The notes under the pieces: generated by a model
The model's database searches: none
Told to the model about the DNA's origin: nothing
Seen by the model: the letters and a program-made list of their open reading frames with translations, nothing else
Made by a program: the position numbers and the translations under genes
Shown: piece by piece, positions 51,551-60,536 of the stretch
How positions within the stretch are numbered: the stretch's first letter is position 1
Layout of the letters: each line of letters opens with the position of its first letter
Assembly (NCBI GenBank): GCA_965660855.1
Contig: CBFIBM010000001.1
Location: 288,001-352,000, forward strand
DNA length: 64,000 nucleotides
Reading direction: 5' to 3'
Source of the DNA: an uncultured bacterium
GTDB taxonomy: Bacteria > Fidelibacterota > Marinisomatia > Marinisomatales > UBA1611

Positions 51551-52843
51551 TCAGATAGAATATACCTTTGTCTTTTTATCTCTTCCTTTTAAAGCAATTT
51601 CACCTTGAGATGATGCAATTGAATAGAGATCTTTTGTTAATGCAGTATATATTTCTTGACTAAAAGCTATATCCGTATTGAACTCTTTGTTCGCCTGCTC
51701 TAATCTAGCTGCAACATTCACAACGTCACCTATAGCAGAATATTGTAACATTCTTTCACTTCCAATATTTCCAGATATGATACTACCAGTGTGAATTCCA
51801 GTTCTTGCTGTTATTTTTTTAATACCATGATTGGACCAATAACGTGATAGTTCAGATTCTTCCCATTTTTCGTTTAGGATTTCTAATTGTTCACGCATTT
51901 TAATAGCGCATTTAACAGCTTGATTTTCATGGTTTTCAAGTTCTTCAGGAGCACCAAAAACAACCATCATGCAATCACCTATATAGTTAAGGATATGTCC
52001 ACCATGTTTATCGATAATATCATGCATTGCAGTAAAATATTCATTTAAAAACTCCACAGCAACTTTGGGTGACATGTGTTCAATTATTGTTGAGTAAGAT
52101 GATATATCTGTAAAAGATAAGGTAACCCATTTATTTTCACCAGATAGAGCTCCCTCATCAGAAAGCATTTTATCAGATAATACATCACCAAAATAGCGTT
52201 TTAAGGTTTTTTGCATTAAGTTTTTTGTTTGATCAATCGAAACGGTTTTTGCAAAGTTTAATCGATTATTGTGTTCATTATTATACCTGTTCCAAATTAT
52301 AAGAATTATCGGTACTGGAATTGTAAAGACAATTATATCCGTGGAAATTCCATTAAAGTTCATGGCAGGCAGTAATGTTGCTAGTAAAAAGATTAAAAGA
52401 GATATTGTTGTAACTAAATTAAATGGAAACATAATACCGATAAACATGAATATTGCAGGTATGGATGCTAGAAAATTAATCGCATCTATCTCTGGTGCAT
52501 TTTCAATAGCTATGACCTGAAGTACCTGGTATGTATGAACTAATACTACCATGACAGCAATAAATAATCCATGTCTTTTTGCTTTGAATGATTCTGGAAA
52601 AATAAAAAAGGAGAGAGTCATTCCAATTAAGATGGGAAAACCAATCAAAATAGGTCTAAAGCCACCAAGTCTTTGATAGGCAGTGAAAGTATCAAAAACT
52701 AGAATTAAAGAAATAAAAATAATCGCAAAATTCAATATCTTTTTTAGTTTGATCCACTGAGATTCCATAAACTGATCTTCCATTACAGGATTTTCGAACT
52801 TACATGTGTATCTGTCTATTCTAGAAAAATTATTTTCATTCAT
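51551..52843 (-). CDS. membrane-anchored class III nucleotide cyclase
   Basis: About 6 TM helices, then SFTDISSYS, NYIGDCMMVVFGAP, RTGIHTG, YSAIGDVVNVAARLE, LKGR. Confidence 0.9.
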   Translation of the reverse strand: MNENNFSRIDRYTCKFENPVMEDQFMESQWIKLKKILNFAIIFISLILVFDTFTAYQRLGGFRPILIGFPILIGMTLSFFIFPESFKAKRHGLFIAVMVVLVHTYQVLQVIAIENAPEIDAINFLASIPAIFMFIGIMFPFNLVTTISLLIFLLATLLPAMNFNGISTDIIVFTIPVPIILIIWNRYNNEHNNRLNFAKTVSIDQTKNLMQKTLKRYFGDVLSDKMLSDEGALSGENKWVTLSFTDISSYSTIIEHMSPKVAVEFLNEYFTAMHDIIDKHGGHILNYIGDCMMVVFGAPEELENHENQAVKCAIKMREQLEILNEKWEESELSRYWSNHGIKKITARTGIHTGSIISGNIGSERMLQYSAIGDVVNVAARLEQANKEFNTDIAFSQEIYTALTKDLYSIASSQGEIALKGRDKKTKVYSI

Positions 52844-52908
52844 ATTTTATGTTTCCAATGTATAGTTTAACAAAATTTTCACAAAAAAAATTAGAAAAAT
52901 GGAATTGT

Positions 52909-53283
52909 TTACGATTTTTGATTTGGATTGGAAACACTCATTTCAATCAATTCCTCAATATCTACATAATCTAGGGCTTTTTCATGAGTTGCTTCAAGGT
53001 CAACCTGGGGTGCAAATCCAGCTAAGTAGGCCTCTTTCCAACGCAGTGCGCAAATACACCACCTATTCCCCTTTTTGAGTCCTGGGAAGTTATATAGTTC
53101 ATTAGGAGTGGATAGGTCATTTCCCCTTGATTTTGAAAATTTCAGGAATTCATTTGTCATAACTGATGCGACAACATGTCTTCCTTGATCTTGATTATTT
53201 GTTCTACAAAATCCATCTCTGAAAAAACCAGTTAACGGTTTTTTTGAGCATAATTTTAAATCTGTGCCTAATACATTTTTCAT
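52909..53283 (-). CDS. DUF2237 family protein
   Basis: KNVLG..L..CS..PLTGFFRDGFC, GNDLSTP, WCICALRW.EA, ATHE. Confidence 0.88.
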   Translation of the reverse strand: MKNVLGTDLKLCSKKPLTGFFRDGFCRTNNQDQGRHVVASVMTNEFLKFSKSRGNDLSTPNELYNFPGLKKGNRWCICALRWKEAYLAGFAPQVDLEATHEKALDYVDIEELIEMSVSNPNQKS

Positions 53284-53458
53284 ATGATAAGTTACAAATA
53301 AACTAGTAAACTATATTACTAGGGAAAATAAAAAAATAATAGTACCTAAATATAGCAGTTTAAGAATTTAACTTTAGATATATAAAAAAATAAAAATTGC
53401 ATTAAAGATGATTTTTTTATTATTATTATTTATGTTAACAATGGAAGGTTCCAATTGA

Positions 53459-54130
53459 ATGGATGTTTTTGAGTTTATCAAAGAAAAAAGAACAGAGGTA
53501 AAAGAAAATACGGAGCAGTATAGAGCTATCTTGGAACCGAAGCTTAGATTATTATCAAAGCAGATTAATTCAAAAATAATTAATAACTTAAATAATCCAT
53601 GGATATCTAACTTAATCCCATTTGACAGTTCTTCATTATTTAGTAAAAAATATAAAATTGATAATGAAAAGATTAAAAATGCCTATCATAAAATCAATGA
53701 AAGAATAGGGGAAGAAATTTTTATTGGAGATTGGGAGCTAATAGATCAAAATCGAATAAATACTTTTGCAGAAGTAACAGGGGATAAACAATGGATCCAT
53801 ATTAATACTGAAAAAGCAAAAAAAGAATCGCCATTTAAATCTACCATCGCACATGGTTTTCTAACTTTATCCATGATACCAAGGTTGACCGAAAGTCTCC
53901 AACAAAAAAAACTATATTCTAATTCAAAATTGATTGTGAATTATGGTTTAAACCAAGTACGATTTCCATACCCTGTAAGATCTAATTCTAAAATTAGAGG
54001 TAGAGTAAAATTAATCAGTGCAATACCTTTGAAAAAGAGTATTGAAGTTGTGAATGAAATTAGTATCGAAATGGAAGGAAAAAAGCGTTTTGGATGTGTT
54101 GCTGAAACAGTACTAAGGTTATACTATTAA
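53459..54130 (+). CDS. MaoC family dehydratase with N-terminal extension
   Basis: IDQNRINTFAEVTGDKQWIH, TIAHGFLTLS, NYGLNQVRF. Confidence 0.88.
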   Translation: MDVFEFIKEKRTEVKENTEQYRAILEPKLRLLSKQINSKIINNLNNPWISNLIPFDSSSLFSKKYKIDNEKIKNAYHKINERIGEEIFIGDWELIDQNRINTFAEVTGDKQWIHINTEKAKKESPFKSTIAHGFLTLSMIPRLTESLQQKKLYSNSKLIVNYGLNQVRFPYPVRSNSKIRGRVKLISAIPLKKSIEVVNEISIEMEGKKRFGCVAETVLRLYY

Positions 54131-54162
54131 ATGATTCTTATAAAAGCAAAGGAAGCGATACA

Positions 54163-54807
54163 ATGATTATAAAATATATTATTTCAGTTTTAGTTTTTTC
54201 CCTTTTCTCTTGCGAGAAAAAACAAGAAGCAAAAAGTACCAGTAATTCTATCAAAATAGAATCACTGCAGGTTGGAAACTATTCTTTAGATAAATTAAAA
54301 TCTAAATTATCGTGGGTAGGTCGAGAGATTACCACTAAAACACACACGGGAACCATTGATATTAAAAGTGGAAATATAATGGTGGAGGATAATGGTAATA
54401 TTTCAGGGGAAGTTTTACTCGAAATGAATACAATTATAGTCACTGATTTAGAGGGAAGGAGCAAAGAGTATCTTGAAGGACACCTTAAAAGTGAGGATTT
54501 TTTTAGTGTTGTAGATCATCCTGAAGCAAAATTAACATTTAGAAATAATTCAGATATATTAAGTAATAAAATTACATTTGATGGAGAATTAACTATCAAA
54601 TCGATATCAGAAAAAGTTGAATTTGAAGTCTATTTATCACAAGGGTCGCCGAATATTCATGCTGATGCAAGTTTAACATTTGATAGAACAAAATTTAATG
54701 TTAAATACAGGTCTGGACTATTTTTTGATGATTTGGGTGATAAATTAATTTTGGATGATATCGATGTTAAATTGAATATTATTGCTGATATTCTTGCTGA
54801 AAAATGA
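54163..54807 (+). CDS. YceI family lipoprotein
   Basis: Lipobox LFSC; SKLSWVG, GHLKSEDFF, GELTIK, FDRTKF. Confidence 0.9.
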   Translation: MIIKYIISVLVFSLFSCEKKQEAKSTSNSIKIESLQVGNYSLDKLKSKLSWVGREITTKTHTGTIDIKSGNIMVEDNGNISGEVLLEMNTIIVTDLEGRSKEYLEGHLKSEDFFSVVDHPEAKLTFRNNSDILSNKITFDGELTIKSISEKVEFEVYLSQGSPNIHADASLTFDRTKFNVKYRSGLFFDDLGDKLILDDIDVKLNIIADILAEK

Positions 54808-54816
54808 TTTAATCTC

Positions 54817-54924
54817 TTAAGTCTTTTCTAGATTTTTTGATCCCCAGTCACCTAATTTATTAAAAACTGGAAGTAGTGTTTTACCTTTACTGGTTAGAGA
54901 GTACTCAACTCTTGGTGGAATTTC
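54817..54924 (-). pseudogene. 3' remnant of an HxlR-family winged-helix regulator
   Basis: Minus strand translates to [35 protein letters not shown]; the codon immediately upstream is TAA and there is no start codon. Confidence 0.85.
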
Positions 54925-55338
54925 TTAGTAAAAATGGAATAATCAATGGAAATATTATCTTAGATATTAAAGTCAATTGACGTTAAGGATTTAGGAGGAC
55001 AGTGGAAAGAAAAACTAAATGGTCATTTGAAAAGTCAAGATTTTTTTGATATTGTCAATTATCCAACATCAAATCTAAAATTTAATGGTAACATAAATAA
55101 TAAGATAAATGAACAATATCTATTTAATGGGGACCTTACAATTAAGGGTATCACTCATCCAATTTCATTTGCTTCAAAAATTAACAATAAAAATGAAATG
55201 CTGATTGTAGATGCAAAACTTACGTTTGATAGGTCTTAGTATGATGTCAGATTTGGCTCTGGAAAATTTTTTGAAAACCTTGGTGATAAATTAATTTTCG
55301 ATGAAATAGAGGTGGATGTAATTCTTATTACAAATTAA
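54925..55338 (+). pseudogene. second YceI-family gene, 5'-truncated, frameshifted and with a premature stop
   Basis: SKNGIINGNIILDI, frameshift near 54968, KSIDVKDLGGQWKEKLNGHLKSQDFF..GDLTIKG..TFDRS, TAG at 55237-55239, YDVRFGSGKFFENLGDKLIFDEIEVDV..TAA; colinear with the intact YceI upstream. Confidence 0.88.
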
Positions 55339-55422
55339 ATATCATGTATTATTGATACTATTATTCATTTACTTTAAATAGTGGATTTATATTTTTGTAA
55401 TAGTCTAATATATCGATAGGCT

Positions 55423-56562
55423 ATGAAGTATATATTAAAAAGAAGAGAAATAATTAAGATAATAATCGGGGGATTAATATCTATCTTCAGTTCTCTCTTT
55501 GGATTGAATAAGTTTCATAAAAAAAAGGTTACAAGCGTTTCCATGAATAATATTAAAAGAATAACTAATTTGCCTGAAAACGGACCATGGCCAACATTGG
55601 ATCCTTTTTTATTTTGTGTTCATCATAATGATGAATATCCACTCGCAACTAAAAATTATTTTCCTAAATCAAGTTTAAGTGGAAGAAATATTGGAAATGA
55701 TTTTTCTAATAAAGATGGGTGGAACATGTATCATGGTGAGACTATTCCAGGTTTTCCAAAACATCCTCATAGAGGCTTTGAAACATTAACGGTAGTAGAA
55801 AAAGGATTTATTGATCATTCAGACTCTTTAGGGGCTACTGCAAGATATGGTAATGGAGATTCCCAATGGTTAACTGCCGGTAATGGAATTAACCACTCAG
55901 AAATGTTTCCACTATTCAATCAAGATAAGATTAATAAGCTAGATTTTTTTCAAATTTGGATTAACCTTCCAGCCAAAAATAAATTTGTAAGTCCAAAATT
56001 TTTAATGTTCTGGAAAGATCAGATTCCTAAAGTGAAATTAAAAGATAAAAATGGTGTAGTGTCTACGATGGAAATAATCTCTGGAGATTTTAATAAGATT
56101 AAGGCTCCAGTTGCACCACCAAATTCCTGGGCAAGTAATCCTCTGAATCATGTTGCTGTTTGGGTATTACATTTAAAAAGTAAAGGAATTGTTAAAATAC
56201 CCAAGGCTGCTACAGACATCAATAGATGTCTTTATTTAAACAAGGATACCAAAATTAATTTAAATAATAATCCAATAAAAGCTCATACTATGATCGAATT
56301 ACATTCTGACAAAAGCATTTCTTTGGAAAATAAAGGATCTGATACTAAAATATTAATCCTTCAAGGAAAGCCCATTAATGAGCCAGTTGCAAAATATGGA
56401 CCTTTTGTGATGAATACAAGATCAGAAATAGAACAAGCATTTCATGATTATAATTCAACTGGATTTGGTGGATGGAAATGGGAAAAACCTGACCCCATAC
56501 ATGGAAGTTTCAATGGGAAATTTGCGAAGTATCCAAATGGAGATTTCGACAAGCCATCGTAG
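55423..56562 (+). CDS. pirin family protein
   Basis: DPFLFCVHH, GFPKHPHRGFET, AGNGINHSEMF, QIWINLP, YGPFVMNT. Confidence 0.93.
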   Translation: MKYILKRREIIKIIIGGLISIFSSLFGLNKFHKKKVTSVSMNNIKRITNLPENGPWPTLDPFLFCVHHNDEYPLATKNYFPKSSLSGRNIGNDFSNKDGWNMYHGETIPGFPKHPHRGFETLTVVEKGFIDHSDSLGATARYGNGDSQWLTAGNGINHSEMFPLFNQDKINKLDFFQIWINLPAKNKFVSPKFLMFWKDQIPKVKLKDKNGVVSTMEIISGDFNKIKAPVAPPNSWASNPLNHVAVWVLHLKSKGIVKIPKAATDINRCLYLNKDTKINLNNNPIKAHTMIELHSDKSISLENKGSDTKILILQGKPINEPVAKYGPFVMNTRSEIEQAFHDYNSTGFGGWKWEKPDPIHGSFNGKFAKYPNGDFDKPS

Positions 56563-56610
56563 GCAATTAATAGATGGTAAAATTTTAAAATAAAATAAAA
56601 GGAAAATTAA

Positions 56611-57003
56611 ATGAAAAAAACATTTAACGATATGGTTGAAGAATCAAGAGATAATCTAGATATTATTGATTCTCACACACTTAATTCTTTGATAGAGAAA
56701 AAAGAAGATATGGTGATAATTGATGTAAATGATAAAGAGGATGTCGAGCAAAGGGGAATGGTAGATGGAGCAATAAATGTTTCACTAGGAACACTCTATT
56801 ACAAGGCTGATGATAAAGTTCCTGAAGATTTTAAAGACAACCGTATTCAAGATAGAAATAAAAAAGTAGTGGTTACATGTGGGCTGGGTATGTGCGCAGC
56901 AATTGGTGGGAAAGTTTTAAAGGATATGGGCTTTAAAGATGTTGTTCTTTTAGATGGCGGTGTGACAAAATGGAAAGAAGACGGCTATGAATTAAAAAAG
57001 TAA
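56611..57003 (+). CDS. rhodanese-like domain protein
   Basis: IIDV, GAINV, TCGLG active-site loop, LDGG..W; AAGGA upstream. Confidence 0.85.
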   Translation: MKKTFNDMVEESRDNLDIIDSHTLNSLIEKKEDMVIIDVNDKEDVEQRGMVDGAINVSLGTLYYKADDKVPEDFKDNRIQDRNKKVVVTCGLGMCAAIGGKVLKDMGFKDVVLLDGGVTKWKEDGYELKK

Positions 57004-57013
57004 TTTAAGTTGT

Positions 57014-57044
57014 TGGGTGCTTGGATATTTTTTTCAAGCATCCA
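57014..57044. terminator. hairpin between convergent genes, possible terminator
   Basis: GGGTGCTTGGA-N7-TTCAAGCATCC stem with two G-U pairs on the + strand; no clear U tract. Confidence 0.35.
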
Positions 57045-57049
57045 TAACT

Positions 57050-58738
57050 CTACTTCATTAAAATAATCTTTTTAGTATCGCTAAATGAACCCGCATCAAA
57101 TAATATGAAATAAACTCCACTGGAATGATTACTTGCGTCCCATTTTTGCAGGTATTTCCCTTCGTTAAATTTTATATTATTTATTATCTGAAATATTTCG
57201 TTTCCCTTTATATCAAATATTTTAAGACTTACCATTTCTTGTTTGTGTAATTGAAATGGTATGTTCACCACTGGATTAAAAGGATTTGGGTAAGATATAT
57301 TTAATGAGTGCTGTTTTGGATAAATCGATGAATTATCATTGTTTAATGTGAACTCAAAGTTAAAGGGTTCTCCTAAATCATGACTCAAGGTAGATCCAAA
57401 ATAACCGGAAACCTCTAATTCTGAAATATTAATAATTTCAAATTCAGAGGTTAAATTGTCATCAGAGTATGTTAATTGAGTTAAAAGTCCCTCACCTGGT
57501 GGTATTGGATTTCCAAAGTATTGTGAAAGTCCAACAACTAATCCAGCATCATTTGTGGAAATAGTCCAACTTTCTTCTTCGGCTCTTCCACCAGATCCAC
57601 TAAGGATGGGAATTGATGAGAGCGTGTTTTCTTCATCTGTTAAAAAAGAAATTTTAAATTGAAATCCATATATTGGTTCATAATTCATTAAGTATATATC
57701 TATTGTTTTATTCATGGTGTTTTGTGCAATAATCTGGAATGAAGCATCTGCATTAGAAATCATTTCGTCACTGTAAACTATCAACTGTGATTCAATAAAA
57801 TAGAATGGTTCAGTATGACCGTTATAATTATAATTACATTCCGCACAGGTTACACCATCAATACACGCTGGATTATTAGGCGAACATGCGTTAAAATAAT
57901 CTTGAAGTACGTAATCTAGTTTAATATTTGATCCAGCATTTATGTAATCGAGAAGATTAAAATCTTGAGGAGTTACTTTATCACCCGGACAGAAACCAGC
58001 TCTATCATAAATCCAAGTACCATTTTGGGGAGAGCAGTTATTACTTTCACAATCAGACCTCCATATGTTATGAATAAAAGTAGGTTCATCATTTATATTT
58101 ATATCATGTATTTTGTAGGAAAACTCTGCTGCATTATCTGTGTTCCCCTGTCCATGACCTGTTGTAATCATCCTTAAATTACTCGCTAAAGCATTTGAAG
58201 GTATATATCCATTGTAAGAAGGTATATCAATAGGGTTTGTATTATCCCCATATACTAAATTGGAGTAATTCCATACTTTTCTAATTGAAGTATAAGCGTA
58301 ATCAGGATTACCAACAATAAAATCAAAAGAAATTGAAACAAGCCAACCAGGGTCTACCCATGTATCAATGTATGATCTTAAAATTACATCTCCTATTAAA
58401 AAAGATCTATAATCGGATACGTTTAGTGACCATCCACATTCAACACCATATGGAGTCACATATCTACCAATTTCAAACCAATCATCACGATTATTAACAG
58501 AGATTTGAGCTTTTCTATCCCAAGGATCACAGCCACCATTTGGACATTCAAGATTAATATTCATAATGATTTCTGAAAAATGTGTGGTATGATTTGGAAA
58601 TGATATTGTATCAGTAAAAACCCTATTATTTCCAGAGTTTCCAAAAAAGTGATGCACTCTATCCAGAGCAACAATGGTTGTGTCTCCTTTGAGGTTTAAA
58701 AATTGAAATAGGAATATTATGAGAATATATTTTTTCAT
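57050..58738 (-). CDS. peptide-N-glycosidase F-related protein with cohesin-like domain and T9SS-type C-terminal domain
   Basis: CDPWDR, EIGRYVTPYG, TGHG..NAAEF, W..DRAGFCPG; YPNPFNP..SSGVYF..KKIILMK. Confidence 0.85.
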   Translation of the reverse strand: MKKYILIIFLFQFLNLKGDTTIVALDRVHHFFGNSGNNRVFTDTISFPNHTTHFSEIIMNINLECPNGGCDPWDRKAQISVNNRDDWFEIGRYVTPYGVECGWSLNVSDYRSFLIGDVILRSYIDTWVDPGWLVSISFDFIVGNPDYAYTSIRKVWNYSNLVYGDNTNPIDIPSYNGYIPSNALASNLRMITTGHGQGNTDNAAEFSYKIHDININDEPTFIHNIWRSDCESNNCSPQNGTWIYDRAGFCPGDKVTPQDFNLLDYINAGSNIKLDYVLQDYFNACSPNNPACIDGVTCAECNYNYNGHTEPFYFIESQLIVYSDEMISNADASFQIIAQNTMNKTIDIYLMNYEPIYGFQFKISFLTDEENTLSSIPILSGSGGRAEEESWTISTNDAGLVVGLSQYFGNPIPPGEGLLTQLTYSDDNLTSEFEIINISELEVSGYFGSTLSHDLGEPFNFEFTLNNDNSSIYPKQHSLNISYPNPFNPVVNIPFQLHKQEMVSLKIFDIKGNEIFQIINNIKFNEGKYLQKWDASNHSSGVYFILFDAGSFSDTKKIILMK

Positions 58739-60165
58739 TTCAGAAATAAAATTTTATTAGTAAGGATATTTTCTCCATCTGACAATCGGATAATATATGT
58801 TCCAGAGCTAACATTCATTGGCTTCCATGAATAATTGTAAGAGCCTGATTTTAAATGTTCATCAATTAACACATGAGTTAGCTGTCCATTAATATTATAA
58901 ATATGAGCTTTTATATTTTTATCTGATTTTAAGCTAAAAGATATGTTGCAAATTGGGTTAAATGGATTTGGTCCAGATTTCAATTTATATAGATTTGGAG
59001 AAAGAATTTGTTTAGCTTTTACTAAGTTTTTACCCCACCCTCCTAAAGATATTTGCTTAATTTCATTCTTTAGTGGCATTTTCAGATTAAAGCTAGATGG
59101 TAAAGAAGATCCATCCAAAGAAAAACCTATAATCTTTTTCCCTTTTTGGGTCCAGCTCCAATTAGAGGGTAATCCATCATAGGAAATTAAACTTTCATTT
59201 AATAATTGTATTTCAAAACCTAAAATTTCACCATTCGATTCCAAATGAATGTTGTTATTTTGTTTAAAAAATTCAGCTTCTGTCAAAATGGTTCTATTCG
59301 TTATATTTATTTCTAAAACTAATTGAATTATTGTAATAACATCAATTATATCAATTGACCCATCTTGATTGATATCGGATGCATAAACTTGTAATGGCGA
59401 TCCAACTTCATATCCTAACATTATAGATACTAGCATAACAGCATCATAGATATTTATTGATTCATCAAAGTTTATATCACCTAAGATACCAGATAAAGAA
59501 TGTCCATCAACCCAACTTGGTGAACCGCGTAATAAACCATAATGACTATTGTTAGAATGATCAAAGAGTGTATCACCAGTTCCTTCATCGAAAGTATAAT
59601 ATGCAACTAAACCCTCTTCATTTCCTGTAAGACTTTGATCTATGAATTGATTAATCTCCTCTGAAGTTCTTGATATATTCCATAATCGTACTTCATCTAT
59701 TCGTCCGCTAAAAAATCGGCTACTATAATCTGAACCAATTCTAAGAGGATTATTATTTGATGTAACATTTAGGGATGTTCCTGAGAGGTTATATTCTGAA
59801 CCATTTATATATAATTTTCGAGTATTTTGATTTTTTACTGCCGCAATATGGTACCATTGGTTTGCATTAAGAATACCAGTATTTGTAGTTGCCTCATCAA
59901 AACTTAAGCCTGTATATGGTGCTTGGTCTGTAAGCCTTAATAAATAACCATTTGCTGCGCTAGATTGATATTTTGATACAATTCCACTCAGCCATGAAAA
60001 TTCTTCCGGAAATATCCATGCTTCAATTGTGTAATTTGAAGTAAGATCTAATTGATTATGATCTGATATTAAGACGTAATCATTTATTCCATCAAAATCT
60101 AACGATTTATCTTGGCACAATAATAGATTGTAAAGAAATAAGCTAAGAGAAATATAACATTTCAT
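58735..60165 (-). CDS. LamG-like jellyroll + dockerin + T9SS-type C-terminal domain protein
   Basis: LDFDGINDYV, TIEAWI, WYHIAA, FSGRIDEVRLWN, GLVAYYTFDEG; GDINFDESINIYD..SDINQDGSIDIID; PNPFNP..SSGTY..KILFLK. Confidence 0.85.
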   Translation of the reverse strand: MKCYISLSLFLYNLLLCQDKSLDFDGINDYVLISDHNQLDLTSNYTIEAWIFPEEFSWLSGIVSKYQSSAANGYLLRLTDQAPYTGLSFDEATTNTGILNANQWYHIAAVKNQNTRKLYINGSEYNLSGTSLNVTSNNNPLRIGSDYSSRFFSGRIDEVRLWNISRTSEEINQFIDQSLTGNEEGLVAYYTFDEGTGDTLFDHSNNSHYGLLRGSPSWVDGHSLSGILGDINFDESINIYDAVMLVSIMLGYEVGSPLQVYASDINQDGSIDIIDVITIIQLVLEINITNRTILTEAEFFKQNNNIHLESNGEILGFEIQLLNESLISYDGLPSNWSWTQKGKKIIGFSLDGSSLPSSFNLKMPLKNEIKQISLGGWGKNLVKAKQILSPNLYKLKSGPNPFNPICNISFSLKSDKNIKAHIYNINGQLTHVLIDEHLKSGSYNYSWKPMNVSSGTYIIRLSDGENILTNKILFLK

Positions 60166-60284
60166 GCGTTTTAAAATAAATTTGTTATAATAAATGTTGT
60201 CTGAATATATCTATTTTAATTATCGGAATGAATTTTATTTTGTATTTGATTATTAGTAACCTTTCAATATAAGATTTAATACCG

Positions 60285-60509
60285 ATGGACTTTGTAATAT
60301 TAATTTTATCTATACTTTGCACTATTTTTTATGTGGTGATAATGCCTTTTGCTCTAAAAAATAAAAATATTAAAGTTCATGATAACCAGTTTCAAGATTT
60401 TGTTAACAACGATTCAGGCTATGCTTGGTCTATTTCATCAAATAGAAAAAAACAGTATTACCATAGTTTAAATAAACGCTTAAAAATAAATGCAAAACAA
60501 AGAATGTAA
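60285..60509 (+). CDS. small hypothetical membrane protein
   Basis: 74 aa with an N-terminal TM helix. Confidence 0.5.
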   Translation: MDFVILILSILCTIFYVVIMPFALKNKNIKVHDNQFQDFVNNDSGYAWSISSNRKKQYYHSLNKRLKINAKQRM

Positions 60510-60536
60510 GTAGGTATTCATATCTAAACTAATTCT

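Noticed and set aside
48876..52843. Prophage/ICE at the tRNA, or a Pycsar/CBASS-like defence system built on the cyclases
   Set aside because: No integrase, att repeat or phage genes; no adjacent TIR or cNMP-binding effector; the architectures fit signalling cyclases
55237..55239. In-frame TAG in the second yceI as possible recoding or pyrrolysine
   Set aside because: The same gene also lacks its 5' end and is frameshifted, and TAG acts as a normal stop elsewhere (e.g. sdaA, mreB); it is a pseudogene
55027..55239. 70-aa track ORF as a standalone gene
   Set aside because: It is an internal fragment of the yceI pseudogene; the TTG is the Leu of GHLKS
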